64,000 bases of DNA from an uncultured Alphaproteobacteria bacterium. GTDB lineage: Bacteria > Pseudomonadota > Alphaproteobacteria > HIMB59 > GCA-002718135. Location of the stretch: NCBI GenBank assembly GCA_902621305.1, contig CACNLM010000002.1:69812-133811 (forward strand), written 5' to 3'. The position numbers and the translations under genes are program-made. This document shows positions 11,216 through 20,079 of the stretch, piece by piece. The stretch's first letter is position 1, and every line of letters begins with the position of its first letter. The notes under the pieces were generated by a model. It saw only the letters and a list, made by a program, of their open reading frames with translations, made no database searches and was not told where the DNA came from.

Positions 11216-12268
11216 TTAAGGATTTATTACAGTTTGCTGAAATACTGGTAAAGAAATAGTAAATGTTGAACCCTTATCTACCTTGCTTTTTATCGATAAT
11301 TTACCATTATGCCTATTAGTTATATGTTTAACAATAGATAAACCCAAACCCGTACCGCCTTGATTTCGAGATCTATTTTTATCTACTCTATAAAATCTTT
11401 CAGTAAGTCTAGTTAAATGCTCTTTCGATATGCCTTCTCCCTTATCTATAAAACTTATTTGGCAAAAGGTGGTATTGTCATCAATTACACTCTCAAGCTC
11501 AATTTCAATAGTAGAATTTTCTTTGCTATATTTGATTGCATTATCAGTTAGATTTAAAAAAACTTGAATCAAAGCATCTTTGTTTGCTGATATTGTAGAC
11601 TTATCAAAATCATCCTTGATTTGAACTTCAATTTTTTTTGCCATTAACTTGTTTTGTAAATTATCTACTACGCCATCAATTAATTGCCTTATATTCGCTT
11701 CTTGAAATTCTATCGGCTTATCTTCAGTCTCATATTTACTTAGTAATAATAAATCTTCGACTAATCTAGTCATACGCCAAGCCTGATCTTCCATTGTGTC
11801 TAAAAATTTACCAACCGTTTTGTCTTTGTTCTTATCTTCATTGAGTGAATTTTTAATTGTTTCAACATAGCCTAGAATTGAGGAAAGAGGAGTTCTCAAT
11901 TCATGACTTACATTAGCCACAAAATCTGTTCGCATTTGTTCGTAGTTTTTAAGAAGACTTTGATCGTTTAGTGATATTAATAATTCTTCATAATCTTTTT
12001 CAACAAATATTAAGTCAGCAATAAAATACATATCACTAAAATTAGATGGGGTGAATTCAAACCTAAAATCTTCTTTCTCCCTAAAGGCTTTATCAATAAA
12101 AGTATTTAACTCTGTTGATCTAATAATATTATTGAGATCTCTTCCTTCATCTATAAATAAAAATTTTTGTTTAGCTGCATTATTGTAAAAAATTATTTCC
12201 TTATTTGTATCAATTGCAATAATAATCGAAGGTATCTTACTTAGACTTAGTCTTAGTTTTTTTTTCAT
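11216..12268 (-). CDS. phoR: phosphate regulon sensor histidine kinase PhoR (no predicted membrane anchor)
   Basis: PAS-like N-terminus, HisKA 'FVANVSHELRTPLSSILGY', and HATPase motifs 'NLTDNAIKY', 'DKGEGI', 'GGTGLGLSIVKH'. Genomic context is the pst operon. Confidence 0.8.
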   Translation of the reverse strand: MKKKLRLSLSKIPSIIIAIDTNKEIIFYNNAAKQKFLFIDEGRDLNNIIRSTELNTFIDKAFREKEDFRFEFTPSNFSDMYFIADLIFVEKDYEELLISLNDQSLLKNYEQMRTDFVANVSHELRTPLSSILGYVETIKNSLNEDKNKDKTVGKFLDTMEDQAWRMTRLVEDLLLLSKYETEDKPIEFQEANIRQLIDGVVDNLQNKLMAKKIEVQIKDDFDKSTISANKDALIQVFLNLTDNAIKYSKENSTIEIELESVIDDNTTFCQISFIDKGEGISKEHLTRLTERFYRVDKNRSRNQGGTGLGLSIVKHITNRHNGKLSIKSKVDKGSTFTISLPVFQQTVINP

Positions 12269-12737
12269 ATTTCTTTAATTTTGGCCAATCATTGTCACTT
12301 AAAATATAACCTACACAATTTCTAGAACCACACTTACAAATGTGATCCACAAAATCTGTATCAAAAGGATAACCATAGTTATAGAAAAGTTCGTCTCCTT
12401 TTTTTATTCGTTTAATAGAAGAAATCCAAATCTCATTATCTATGATGTCTACTTCACAATTCGGATTACATGAGTGATTAATAAATTTTGCAAAGTTATA
12501 ATCAACATCACCGTCTATGTCGTATCGCTTGTTTAGTTCAAAAACATAGACCATGCCGTTATTTTTATCTTTTTTTGCTTTGCGGATTTGTTTATCTGCT
12601 CTTTTGTCACCCTCTCTTTTAGTAACTTTATCACCAATATATTGGATTACTTTCTGGCCTTTTTTAATATTAGTTTTTGCAAATAATCCAGAACCGTGAA
12701 GGGGTGATTTTTTTTTAAACCAAATTTTCTGCGTCAT
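12237..12737 (-). CDS. SET-domain (plus post-SET) protein, putative protein lysine methyltransferase
   Basis: Motifs 'SPLHGSGLFA', 'INHSCNPNCE', 'ELFYNYGY' and the Cys-rich post-SET 'CKCGSRNCVGY'. The start was moved to the ATG at 12737 (MTQKIW); the 90-codon N-terminal extension of the tracked ORF has no SET homology and overlaps the divergent plcP gene. Confidence 0.75.
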   Translation of the reverse strand: MTQKIWFKKKSPLHGSGLFAKTNIKKGQKVIQYIGDKVTKREGDKRADKQIRKAKKDKNNGMVYVFELNKRYDIDGDVDYNFAKFINHSCNPNCEVDIIDNEIWISSIKRIKKGDELFYNYGYPFDTDFVDHICKCGSRNCVGYILSDNDWPKLKKYEKKTKTKSK

Positions 12738-12823
12738 ACTGTTATTTTTATACAATACACACATATAATAATAAATTGTATTATAAAATGATACTTTTAT
12801 GTATAAGAACAAATCTTTAATTA

Positions 12824-13636
12824 ATGAAATTTGAAAGTAATAAAAAATTTTACCGCACAATTTGGATTTCGGATACCCACCTAGGAACCAGTGGTTGTAA
12901 AAGCAAAATGCTTTTAGAATTCTTAGAAGAAACAGATTCGGAATATTTATTTTTAGTAGGCGACATTGTTGATGGATGGCGCATGCGTAAGAAAATGTAT
13001 TGGCCACAAGAACATAACGACGTGGTTCAAAAAGTTTTAAAGAAAGCGAAAAATGGAGCTAGGGTAGTGCTTATCCCAGGAAATCATGATGAAGTATTAA
13101 AAGATTTTACAAATTTTTCCTTTGGAGAAATTTCAATAAAAAATGAAGATACGCATCAATTAGCTGATGGAAGGAAAGTACTGATTACACACGGAGATGA
13201 ATTTGATGCTGTGATAATTAATGCGAGGTGGTTAGCCAAAGTGGGATCAGCACTTTATGAATATTTACTAAAGTTAAATAATGTATTCAATTTTATTCGA
13301 CGAAAGATGGGCTTGTCTTATTGGTCACTGTCTCAATATTTAAAAAAGAAAACTAAGCATGCAACAAACTTTATTAGTAACTTTGAGTTTGCTGTATCTG
13401 ACAGAGCTAGAAGAGAAAATGCCGATGTTGTTGTGTGCGGGCATATACATAGACCAGAAATAAAGGAATTAAATGGTGTTCTCTATTGTAATGATGGTGA
13501 CTGGATTGAAAGTTGCACAGCACTCGTTGAAGATGAAATTGGCAATTTATCAATTCTTAATTGGCCCGAAGAAAGAGAAAAATTAAAATTAATTTCTTTA
13601 GAAGAAAGACGAAAAATAAAAGAGGATGCAGCCTAA
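12824..13636 (+). CDS. plcP: LpxH-like metallophosphoesterase, PlcP-type phospholipase C candidate (copy 1)
   Basis: Calcineurin-fold motifs 'ISDTHLG', 'VGDIVDGW', 'GNHDE', 'HGDEFD', 'CGHIH'. It overlaps a GT4 glycosyltransferase, the arrangement described for the SAR11/roseobacter lipid-remodelling plcP-agt operon. Confidence 0.7.
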   Translation: MKFESNKKFYRTIWISDTHLGTSGCKSKMLLEFLEETDSEYLFLVGDIVDGWRMRKKMYWPQEHNDVVQKVLKKAKNGARVVLIPGNHDEVLKDFTNFSFGEISIKNEDTHQLADGRKVLITHGDEFDAVIINARWLAKVGSALYEYLLKLNNVFNFIRRKMGLSYWSLSQYLKKKTKHATNFISNFEFAVSDRARRENADVVVCGHIHRPEIKELNGVLYCNDGDWIESCTALVEDEIGNLSILNWPEEREKLKLISLEERRKIKEDAA

Positions 13637-14627
13637 AAAAATCGCGTTAATTAGTGATGCGTGGGTTCCTCAGGTAAATGGCGTAGTTACGACATTTCAA
13701 AGCGTTATACCTATTCTAGAAAAAAAAGGTTTTGAAATTAAAATATTACATCCTGAGATGTTTAATAATTTTAGTTATCCTAGGTACAAAGAAATAAAAA
13801 TTTCTTACAATACTAAAAAAGTTACTGAAAAATTTTTTAAAGAATTTAATCCAGATATTGTTCATATAATGACTGAAGGTCCAGTAGGTTTTGCTGGTCG
13901 TAAGTACTGCCTTAAAAATAAACTACAATACACTTCTTCCTTTCACACCCGTTTTCCTGACTACATGAAGCAAAGAGCTTTTATCCCAAAGAGATTTACA
14001 TACTCCATATTAAGAAGACTACATAGTGATTCAGAAAGAGTTCTTGTTCCATCAGTTTCAATGCTAAATGAGTTAAAAAAATATGATTTTAAAAATTTAG
14101 TAGTTTGGAATAGAGGTGTTGATACAGAATTATTTAATCCAAATAAAAGAGACACAAACAGTAAAGATAGACAACTGACTTATGTTGGTAGAGTAGCAAT
14201 TGAAAAAAATATTGAAGAATTTTTAAAACTTAAAGGAAATTATAATAAAACTGTTGTGGGTGATGGTCCCGAATTACAAAAATATATTAATAAATATCCT
14301 GAAGTAAATTTTGTCGGTGTAAAAACTGGAGATGAACTAGCAAAATATTATGCAAACGCAGATGTATTTGTCTTTCCTTCTAAAACAGACACTTTAGGAA
14401 ATGTAATACTTGAAGCATTGGCTAGTGGAACACCAATTGCTGCATATCCAGTAACCGGGCCCATAGATGTGTTAACAGATGAAAAGATTAACACTTTAGA
14501 TAATAACTTGTTACAATCAGTTAAGAAGGCACTTAAAGTAAAAAGAGTTGATTGTAGAAATTTTACTCTTAAATTAACTTGGGACAAATGTGTGAATGAA
14601 TTTTTAGAATTCATGGTAAACGTTTAG
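13626..14627 (+). CDS. agt: GT4-family glycosyltransferase, glycosyl-diacylglycerol synthase candidate (Agt, copy 1)
   Basis: GT-B fold motifs 'SDAWVPQVNGVV', 'VGDGP' and 'FPSKTDTLGNVILEALASGTPI' (EX7E-like). Overlaps plcP by 11 nt. Confidence 0.7.
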   Translation: MQPKKIALISDAWVPQVNGVVTTFQSVIPILEKKGFEIKILHPEMFNNFSYPRYKEIKISYNTKKVTEKFFKEFNPDIVHIMTEGPVGFAGRKYCLKNKLQYTSSFHTRFPDYMKQRAFIPKRFTYSILRRLHSDSERVLVPSVSMLNELKKYDFKNLVVWNRGVDTELFNPNKRDTNSKDRQLTYVGRVAIEKNIEEFLKLKGNYNKTVVGDGPELQKYINKYPEVNFVGVKTGDELAKYYANADVFVFPSKTDTLGNVILEALASGTPIAAYPVTGPIDVLTDEKINTLDNNLLQSVKKALKVKRVDCRNFTLKLTWDKCVNEFLEFMVNV

Positions 14628-14641
14628 TTATTTAGGGTAAT

Positions 14642-15304
14642 TTGATAGTGACATTTTCTTTAAGACAAAAAATACTAGCAGAATTTATCGGGACATATTT
14701 TCTTGTACTAACAGTTGTAGGTAGTGGAATTATGGGAGAGTTAATGTCAAATGACCTTGGTATAATATTACTAGGAAACACTATCGCAACAGGTGCCATT
14801 TTATATGTAATTATTTCTATGTTTATTAATATCTCAGGAGCGTACTTTAATCCTGCTGTTGTATTAAGTGATATTATCCAAAAAAATATTCCTATTAATT
14901 ACGGAATAATTTTTATTATTACTCAGATTATTGCTGCTATATTTGGTTGTTTAACTGCAAATTGGTATTTTGAATATCCTATAATTGAATGGTCACTCAA
15001 TGAAAGAGTTGGGGTATTTAAATTCTTTTCAGAAATAATTGCAACTGTTGGATTATTATTAACTATTTTTATATTAAAAGAGGTAAACAAGGAAAGAATA
15101 GCTATTGGTGTAGCTCTATTTATTACCGCAGGATATTGGTTTACTTCATCAACAAGTTTTGCAAATCCAGCAGTAACTATAGGAAGAATGTTTACAGATA
15201 GCTTTAGTGGGATAAGTCCATCAAGTGTTCTAGGTTTTATTTTAGCTCAGATTATTGGTGCTCTTATTGCTACAGTTATTGTTAGATTGTTTTTTAAAAA
15301 TTAG
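14642..15304 (+). CDS. MIP-family channel (aquaporin/aquaglyceroporin-like)
   Basis: Six hydrophobic segments and two NPA boxes ('GAYFNPAVV', 'SFANPAVTIG'). TTG start as tracked; GTG at 14648 is an alternative. Confidence 0.85.
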   Translation: MIVTFSLRQKILAEFIGTYFLVLTVVGSGIMGELMSNDLGIILLGNTIATGAILYVIISMFINISGAYFNPAVVLSDIIQKNIPINYGIIFIITQIIAAIFGCLTANWYFEYPIIEWSLNERVGVFKFFSEIIATVGLLLTIFILKEVNKERIAIGVALFITAGYWFTSSTSFANPAVTIGRMFTDSFSGISPSSVLGFILAQIIGALIATVIVRLFFKN

Positions 15305-16206
15305 TTCAACATATTGTACAAGTAGCCTTCACGGATTCCATATCTTACAAAAATAATATTTTTAATGTTATAAAATGAAGCAAGGCTAAATAAAATATAT
15401 GTAGATAATTTTAATTTATCTAATCGATTGGGTTGGACAACATTCAATTTTTGAATTTGTTTTTTTTCCATAGAGTATAATTTGTGATAAAATATTTCTA
15501 ACTCTGAAAATGGTATCATGTACCCATGTAATTTATTTTTCTTGATTCCATTTAGGTGCAAATGAAGTTTTGCAAGATTGCGCCACATGCCTCCAATAAC
15601 ATAAATATTTTCTACGTTTTTAGAAAATTTAAGAGATTGGTTTTTAAATTTAGAAAATAAAAAATTATCAAATTTAATTTTAGTAGTTTTGTACATATCA
15701 GATTCACTTCTTAAGATGCCAATTTTTAAACTTTTAGTTTCAAGTATGTTTTCATTTTTTATAGTACTAAGTTCTAAACTTCCACCTCCCAAGTCAGCAA
15801 CTAAACCGATTGGATTTTTTATTGAACTAATTACACCTAGGGATCCGCATTTAGCCTCATTTTTTGGTGAGAGCACTTCTACTCTAACTGACTTTTTTTT
15901 CTTGAAGGGTTCAATAATTTCTTTTCCATTTATTGTTTCACGAATTGCGGCCGTTGCAATCATATGAATATCTGAGGACTCATAATCTTTTGCAATCTTA
16001 ATATATTCTTCTAAGCATTTTATAGCTTCTTTTATTTTTATCGATGGGAGTTTACCTATTTTAATACTTTCACCTAATTTTAAGAATTCTCTTTTTTGAT
16101 AAAGTATTGGAAAAGGATGAATAGCTTGCGCGTATATAACTAGTCTAAATGTATTAGAGCCTAGATCAATAACTGTTATGGGATTTTTATTTTTCTTTTT
16201 AGCCAT
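15301..16206 (-). CDS. ppx: Ppx/GppA-family phosphatase (short exopolyphosphatase, N-terminal domains only)
   Basis: 'VIDLGSNTFRLVIY' and 'DLGGGSLEL' ASKHA-fold phosphate-binding motifs. At 301 aa it lacks the E. coli-type C-terminal domains. Confidence 0.75.
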   Translation of the reverse strand: MAKKKNKNPITVIDLGSNTFRLVIYAQAIHPFPILYQKREFLKLGESIKIGKLPSIKIKEAIKCLEEYIKIAKDYESSDIHMIATAAIRETINGKEIIEPFKKKKSVRVEVLSPKNEAKCGSLGVISSIKNPIGLVADLGGGSLELSTIKNENILETKSLKIGILRSESDMYKTTKIKFDNFLFSKFKNQSLKFSKNVENIYVIGGMWRNLAKLHLHLNGIKKNKLHGYMIPFSELEIFYHKLYSMEKKQIQKLNVVQPNRLDKLKLSTYILFSLASFYNIKNIIFVRYGIREGYLYNMLN

Positions 16207-16238
16207 GGAAATGTATACATCTAAAGTATTAAACTCGA

Positions 16239-16697
16239 ATGCTACAAGTCTATTTATTACGTCACGCCAAATCTAGTTGGGATAATTTAGAACTTGATGA
16301 CATTGATAGGCCGCTGAATAAAAGAGGTATGAGAAACGCAAAACAATTTTCTAAAATATTAGATAAAAGAAAATTTCAAATTAATCAGATAATATGTTCT
16401 CCTTCTAAAAGAACAACTAGCACATATGATATAATTTCTAATTCATTTGATCGCTCAGTAAAATTTACAATTGATAACGATATTTATGAATGCCCACCAA
16501 ATATACTTGTAAGAAAAATTAAAAAATTAAAAAAAAATACTCTTATCATTGGACACAACCCTAGTTTGATAGAATCAATTAATATTTTATGTAATTCAAA
16601 TATTGAACATTTTCCAACCTGTGCTTTTGCTATAATATCCTTTAAAAATAGCTGGACTATTGATAAAATTTTAAAACCAAAAAATAAAAATTATTAA
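16239..16697 (+). CDS. histidine phosphatase superfamily protein (SixA-like)
   Basis: 'VYLLRHAKS' RHG-type catalytic motif and a distal 'IIGHNP'. Size of 152 aa is typical of the SixA branch. Confidence 0.6.
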   Translation: MLQVYLLRHAKSSWDNLELDDIDRPLNKRGMRNAKQFSKILDKRKFQINQIICSPSKRTTSTYDIISNSFDRSVKFTIDNDIYECPPNILVRKIKKLKKNTLIIGHNPSLIESINILCNSNIEHFPTCAFAIISFKNSWTIDKILKPKNKNY

Positions 16698-16757
16698 AGA
16701 AATATGAATTTTTTATGAACATGTTTTTTTTATACCTAAAAAATATAAAAAAAAATT

Positions 16758-18857
16758 ATGTTAAAAAAAAATACCACTTATAACTATGCAAACAGGGAAT
16801 TGTCTTGGCTAAAATTCAATGAAAGAGTCTTAAGTCAGACATCTGATAGTAAAATTCCACTTTTAGAAAGGGTTAGATTTTTATCAATAGCATTCTCTAA
16901 TTTAGATGAATTTTTTATGGTTAGAGTAGCAGGATTGAATGTTCAAAAATTTTCACGAAATAAAAGTTTTGATGGATTAACACCACAACAACAACTCAAG
17001 CTGATAGATAAAGAAACATCGAAGATGATTTCAAATATAAAATCAATATGGATAGATTTACTAAGAGAGCTTTCAGAAAACAAAATCCATATAGATGTAG
17101 AAAAAACTCTGAAAACAAAAGATAAAACATTTATTAAAAATTATTTAGAAGAAAATAATTGGGGAGTTTTAACACCAATTATTATTGATCCATCTCACCC
17201 ATTTCCTTTTATACCAAATAAAGAAACAACCTTAGTATGTCGTTTAATAAATAATAAAAAAACTTTTTATGGAATACTGAGAGTGCCAGAGGGATTAGAA
17301 AAATTTATTAAATTACCTGGTAAAAAAACACGTTTTGTATCTATGGAGACAGCCCTACTTATTTCTCTAAAAGAAATTTTCCAGTGTGATAGGGTTTTGG
17401 ATAAAGGTGTTTTTAGACCAATTAGGAATAGTGAATTAGAATTAGGGGGTGAGGGAGAAGATTTATTTTTAGTATTTCAAAAAGCTATTTTTGAGAGAAG
17501 AAGACAAGAGGTAATAAGAATTGATTTTGATGAAAACATATCTAGTCACTTAATTAAATTCATAAATAAAAAACTTAACTATAAGGATGTAAATACATAT
17601 AAACTGCCAATACCCGTTAATCTTTCGAGTATAGAGTCAATTTTTTTGAAAGATTTTAAAAAATTATTTTTTCCAAAATTTAAGGTACGATTTCCTGAAA
17701 GAATTAAAGATTTTAAAAATGATTATTTTAAAGCTATAGCAAATAAAGATATTGTTATTCATCACCCTTTTGAATCTTTTGAAGTAGTCACTCAGTTTAT
17801 TGATCAAGCTGCAGATGACCCAAAAGTCTTATCAATAAAACATACTTTATACCGAACTACTGATGACTCACCAATAGAAGCAAGTTTAGTTAGAGCAGCA
17901 CAAAAAGGAAAATTAGTAACTGTCATTATAGAGTTGCAAGCACGTTTTGATGAAGAGCGTAACTTAAAATGGGCAAAAGAATTAGAATTTGCTGGAGCGC
18001 AAGTTGTTTTTGGCAATATTGATATGAAAACTCATGCAAAAATTACACTTGTAACAAGGAAGCAAATGAATTCTGTTGTAAATTACGCACATTATGGAAC
18101 AGGTAATTATCACCCAAGAAATGCAAGAATTTATATGGATTTATCTTACTTCACCTGTGACAAAACATTAACAAATGATGCTGCAAAAATGTTTAATTAT
18201 TTAACTAGTTATTCAGAACCAACCACAATAAAAAAAATAGTATATTCTCCAATAACTGCAAGAAACAAATTAAATGAACTAATTAGAAATGAAATTACAA
18301 ATGCTGGAAAAAATAAACCATCTGGAATAGTATGTAAGTGTAATTCTCTTGTTGATAAACAAATTATTGATGAATTTTATAAAGCATCTCAAAAAAATGT
18401 AAAAATTGAATTGTTGATAAGAGGAATTTGCTCTCTAATACCTGGTAAAGAAAATCTATCGGAAAATATAGTTGTTAAAAGTATAATTGGTCGTTTTTTA
18501 GAACATACGAGAATATATTGTTTTTATAACGGTCATAAATTCCCTCATAGAAAAAATATCTTGTTTATTTCTTCTGCCGATTTAATGCAAAGAAATCTAG
18601 ATAGGCGGGTTGAAACATTCATCCCTATTGAAAATGAAACTGTACATGAACAAATATTAAATCAGATCTTAATTGCCAGTATGGCAGATAATACAAATTC
18701 TTGGCAAATGTTGAGTAATGGCAATTATCAGAAAAAAGAAATATCAAGCAAAGAAAAAAAATTTTCCTCTCACAATTTTTTTATCAAAAATCCAAGCTTG
18801 TCTGGGAGGGGTTCAGCAAAACTCAAATCTAGAGCTAAGTCTAATTTAAAAATTTGA
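16758..18857 (+). CDS. ppk: polyphosphate kinase 1
   Basis: 699 aa. N-terminus 'NRELSWLKFNERVL', the 'HAKITLV' autophosphorylation His region and two PLD-like C-terminal domains. Confidence 0.93.
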   Translation: MLKKNTTYNYANRELSWLKFNERVLSQTSDSKIPLLERVRFLSIAFSNLDEFFMVRVAGLNVQKFSRNKSFDGLTPQQQLKLIDKETSKMISNIKSIWIDLLRELSENKIHIDVEKTLKTKDKTFIKNYLEENNWGVLTPIIIDPSHPFPFIPNKETTLVCRLINNKKTFYGILRVPEGLEKFIKLPGKKTRFVSMETALLISLKEIFQCDRVLDKGVFRPIRNSELELGGEGEDLFLVFQKAIFERRRQEVIRIDFDENISSHLIKFINKKLNYKDVNTYKLPIPVNLSSIESIFLKDFKKLFFPKFKVRFPERIKDFKNDYFKAIANKDIVIHHPFESFEVVTQFIDQAADDPKVLSIKHTLYRTTDDSPIEASLVRAAQKGKLVTVIIELQARFDEERNLKWAKELEFAGAQVVFGNIDMKTHAKITLVTRKQMNSVVNYAHYGTGNYHPRNARIYMDLSYFTCDKTLTNDAAKMFNYLTSYSEPTTIKKIVYSPITARNKLNELIRNEITNAGKNKPSGIVCKCNSLVDKQIIDEFYKASQKNVKIELLIRGICSLIPGKENLSENIVVKSIIGRFLEHTRIYCFYNGHKFPHRKNILFISSADLMQRNLDRRVETFIPIENETVHEQILNQILIASMADNTNSWQMLSNGNYQKKEISSKEKKFSSHNFFIKNPSLSGRGSAKLKSRAKSNLKI

Positions 18858-18866
18858 AAATAGAAT

Positions 18867-19062
18867 TTAATCCCACTCACAACAATTGGACATAGCAGGA
18901 AGAAATAATATTGTGAGTGGTAAAGAGTACTTAAATTTTATTTTTTACAGACGTGTTAATAGAATATTAAATTTTTATAAATTAAACTTATTTTTAAATT
19001 TATTAGTTTTCAAATAAATTTTTTAGTTCTTTCAATTTAATAAAAATTAAGTCTCTTACTTT
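18867..19062. repeat. direct repeat copy R1 (left flank of the agt2-plcP2-acyltransferase cassette)
   Basis: Aligns by eye, colinearly, with 21878-22073 (offset 3011 nt) at roughly four-fifths identity. It begins 10 nt after the ppk stop and contains a long hairpin (18873-18920) and an arsC 3' relic. Confidence 0.85.
19003..19062 (-). pseudogene. relic of the arsC 3' end (19 codons plus stop)
   Basis: Minus-strand translation gives KVRDLIFIKLKELKNLFEN*, versus the intact ArsC C-terminus EVRDSIFDKLKELKNLFEN* at 22015-22074. There is no upstream coding continuation. Confidence 0.8.
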
Positions 19063-19083
19063 TTAGTAACTATAATTTTAAAA

Positions 19084-20079
19084 TTAATTTTTTGCATTTA
19101 CAATATTTGATAGAAATTGATTTGCACATTTATCCCAAGTAAATTGCATTGCAAATTTTCTGCAATCATTTCTATCAATCTTTAAAGCTTTTTTAAGTGA
19201 TTTTTCAATATTGTTATCAAGGGTGTCAATTAATGAGTTTTTTAAAATATCTTTAGGACCTGTTACTGGGTAAGCAGCCACTGGTGTTCCAGAGGCTAAA
19301 GACTCTAAAATTACATTTCCAAATGTATCTGTTTTGGATGGGAATACCAACGCTTCAGCATTTGCATAATAATTTGCTAAGTCTTGACCTTTTTTCATCC
19401 CAACGAAAGATACATATGGATATTTGTTTTGTAGTCGTTGTTTTTCTGGACCATCTCCAACAACAATTTTATCCATCTTAGTTCTTATTTCTAAAAACGC
19501 TTCGATGTTTTTTTCTAATGAAACTCTACCAATGTAAACAATATACTTTTTCAGTCCTTTTCTTCTTTTTAAAGGATTAAATAATTCAGTATTAACTCCC
19601 CTTGACCAAATTTTAAGATTTTGAAATTGATATTTAGTTAATTCGTTACGCATAGATATTGTTGGGACCAATACATTACATGCATTTTTATGAAAATTTT
19701 TTAAAAAAGAGTACCCAATTATTTTTGGTATCATTATTCTTTGCTCTATATATTCTGGAAATCTCGTATGAAAAGAGGTTGTATATCTCAACTTATTATT
19801 CTCACAGAATTTTTTCCCCGCAATTCCAACTGGTCCTTCAGTGGCAATATGTATAACATCAGGATCATAATCACCAAAAAATTTTTCTGTTATTTTTTTT
19901 GTATTAATTGCTATTTTTATTTCCTTATACCAAGGATAACTAAAATTAGTAAACATCATTGGGTGGAGTACTTCAATTTGATACTTTTGTTTTAAAAATG
20001 GATTAATATGTAGGTATGTATTTACAACACCATTAACTTGAGGAAGCCAAGCATCGGTAATGATCGCTAATTTTTTCAA
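19084..20079 (-). CDS. GT4-family glycosyltransferase, Agt paralogue (copy 2)
   Basis: Colinear with the 13626-14627 product at roughly 60% identity by eye, with the same motifs ('TDAWLPQVNGVV', 'FPSKTDTFGNVILESLASGTPV'). Confidence 0.7.
   Translation of the reverse strand: MKKLAIITDAWLPQVNGVVNTYLHINPFLKQKYQIEVLHPMMFTNFSYPWYKEIKIAINTKKITEKFFGDYDPDVIHIATEGPVGIAGKKFCENNKLRYTTSFHTRFPEYIEQRIMIPKIIGYSFLKNFHKNACNVLVPTISMRNELTKYQFQNLKIWSRGVNTELFNPLKRRKGLKKYIVYIGRVSLEKNIEAFLEIRTKMDKIVVGDGPEKQRLQNKYPYVSFVGMKKGQDLANYYANAEALVFPSKTDTFGNVILESLASGTPVAAYPVTGPKDILKNSLIDTLDNNIEKSLKKALKIDRNDCRKFAMQFTWDKCANQFLSNIVNAKN

Noticed and set aside
12808-12818. Shared AACAAAT(T)CTTT string upstream of both plcP copies (12808-12818 and the minus strand near 20900-20913)
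   Set aside because: Its spacing to the start codon and to the candidate Pho box differs between the two copies. A short AT-rich match is likely to be chance.
12738-13007. N-terminal 90 codons of the tracked 256-aa ORF (12237-13007, minus strand)
   Set aside because: There is no SET-family similarity before 'MTQKIW', the composition is odd, and it overlaps the divergent plcP1 gene (start 12824) and its promoter region. The CDS was shortened to 12237-12737.
16207-16238. Pho-box-like string in the 32-nt ppx / sixA-like divergent spacer (ATGTATACATCTAAAGTATT)
   Set aside because: It shows no convincing 7-nt direct repeat in 11-bp phase and is indistinguishable from background AT-rich sequence.
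18913-19017. Mini-ORF starting at the GTG in the 3' arm of the repeat hairpin, preceded by the SD-like loop (34 codons in copy 1; 13 codons at 21925-21966 in copy 2)
   Set aside because: ORF length is not conserved between the two repeat copies, and the substitutions show no synonymous bias. It is more likely non-coding, and is mentioned only under the hairpin finding.
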